Positions 62,319-64,000 of a DNA stretch of 64,000 nt are shown here, piece by piece. Positions within the stretch are counted from its first letter, which is position 1. Each line of letters opens with the position of its first letter. The notes beneath the pieces are model-generated. The model saw only the letters and a program-made list of their open reading frames with translations, was not told where the DNA came from and did not search any database. The stretch spans positions 11,387,236-11,451,235 of the forward strand of contig NC_069003.1 of NCBI RefSeq assembly GCF_001194135.2. The letters are read 5' to 3'. The translations under genes and the position numbers were made by a program. The DNA is from Octopus bimaculoides (lineage: Eukaryota).

Positions 62319-63434
62319 AATGGCCCTTTCAAAGGAACACATTTTCTTTGTTTTACTTTTTCTTGTGCCTGTCATTACTTTACTTTGTGACACTTGTTCC
62401 TTGAATACCTTTGTTTTTTTACCCCCCCCCCCCTAAACATATACAATACAAGGAAAGATGACCGAAATATTGTTGGTTTTTTTTCTTTTATCTTTTATCT
62501 ATCAAAGGTATCTATTGAACTCCAGCCCAACAAACACTCAATTTCAAGTTATCATTATTACATACATACACGTCGCACATTTCTGTGTGTTTGAAGTTTT
62601 TGTTAATTAATATCTTCTTTTATGTGTGTGATTTTCTTTAGATAAATCCTGCTATGTAAGAAAATTTCCATTAAAGACAGCACAAAGTATTTTCCAGCAA
62701 AACAACTTCGCCTTTTCTTTTTTTTCCTCGTTTTGTTCATTAGAACCTTATTTGGGCGCCGTGGAATCAGATACCATGTTTCCTTTTGTTGCTAATTTTT
62801 TTCTTTTGTGTGTGTGTTTTCATTTAAGGTATGAACAATGCAGCTTATTTTTATTTAATCTCCTAAAAATTCGAATCCTTCTTTTAAAAGAGTTTATATA
62901 TATATATATATATAAACTCCCTAACTCTTCGAAACGTCAGTGTTATAATGGTGGCAGCTGATGAAGGAAATGTTCTCTATGTGGCCTGTGTGTTTTCTGT
63001 ACCCTGTTTATCATTTTGACCATGTTTTTTTTTTTGCAACGTCATGTACCCAGATATGCATCTATATATACATGTAGATGAAGGTATGTACATATATATG
63101 CATATACTCATATATTATATATATGTATATATATGTTAATTTAATTTGGCCGCTATCACTTGATAAAAGTCTATCAATTTTCTAAAACTAAACAGTTGTA
63201 ATAGTAGCAATAAGATTTTGCATTCTTAATGTTTTGTTTTATTCACTTTCTAAACAGTTCGTCACACCATTGATTATGAAATCAAATGGAAAAGGACTCC
63301 CACATACCTCCAAAGATGCAAAAAAAAAATCTATGTACCACAATGACGTGCAGACCTGTCTCGGGTTTGTGGCATTGGTATTTTGTCATCATTGATCATA
63401 TTTATCAGGGATCATGACAGTTATGTATTATTAT

Positions 63435-63960
63435 TATTATTATGGCCGAGTTCCAACAGGGGCCACAGCAATAGAGTCCACCTATAACACTTCTCGGTCC
63501 ATCATCACTGCCTCGAAGTCCTGGATACATTCCAGGCCAGGGTATGCAATCAAGTTGTCCATGTAAGTGTGATGACTTTTGCCTCTTCTTACATTACCAT
63601 GAAATGGGTTCCACAAGACTAATTTGGATGCTTCCAGTTCAGGGTGGCACATGCAGTAACGAGATAATCACAGCTGTTTTTGCCTAATCTTAGTTATGTA
63701 TTTTGTGGTTGAATCATTGCTTTTTGTTCTTTCAGAGGTGGTTCAGTCTGAAAAATAAGGCAAAAAAGCCAGCACATTGTACCACAACACTGTTTATTTC
63801 CTTGCTTGAGACAGACCCAAGTGCTTTCTCCCTGTTGAATGTTGTTAAATACATCTAAACTAAAATCATTTCTCCATGGATGTAATCTTTTATTGAACTC
63901 ACGACCCTTAAAACACTTACTGGTCACCATAGATCGATGCTTAATGTACTTTGTCTTGTG
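63435..63960 (-). mobile_element. RTE-clade LINE remnant, same type as 36806-37260
   Basis: With frameshifts reads RLGK..CATLNWKHP / LVLW.P.HGNVRRGKSHHTYMDNLI. Confidence 0.65.
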
Positions 63961-64000
63961 ATAAAATTGTAAACTGTGGCAGTGTGGGTTAGAAGCTTGC

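Noticed and set aside
62917-62990. GAAACGUC followed by CUGAUGA, as a permuted (type II) hammerhead
   Set aside because: The intervening sequence cannot form stem I, and no GAAA follows the CUGAUGA; at best these are two half-motifs.
1-64000. CRISPR array or prokaryotic operon
   Set aside because: No regularly spaced repeat-spacer array; the recurring sequences are dispersed eukaryotic transposable elements.

Overview
AT-rich, repeat-dense eukaryotic genomic DNA with many N gaps and (TA)n/(CA)n microsatellites. The SINE and RTE repeat families look like those of Octopus; the organism is my inference. Only two protein-coding genes are recognisable, both intact and without introns in the CDS, arranged head-to-head 3.4 kb apart: UNC50 (57298-58143, -) and RTRAF/C14orf166 (61569-62318, +). 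A CpG-rich promoter with a first exon near 35.0-35.3 kb and further splice-site-defined exons suggest the 5' end of an unidentified minus-strand gene. The rest is mobile DNA: three tRNA-derived SINE families, RTE LINE fragments and tails, mariner, hAT-Charlie and Sola transposase remnants, several MITEs, and a decayed Penelope-like element (PLE) with a GIY-YIG domain. The most notable signal is absent from the ORF track: at least five hammerhead ribozyme (HHR) motifs, folded by hand. Two face outward in the arms of a 525-bp foldback element, one sits inside a tRNA-headed SINE, one lies next to a 65-bp hairpin, and one is in an unclassified repeat. All coordinates, folds and translations were done manually; no database searches were run. 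No CRISPR array, rRNA gene or true tRNA gene was found.
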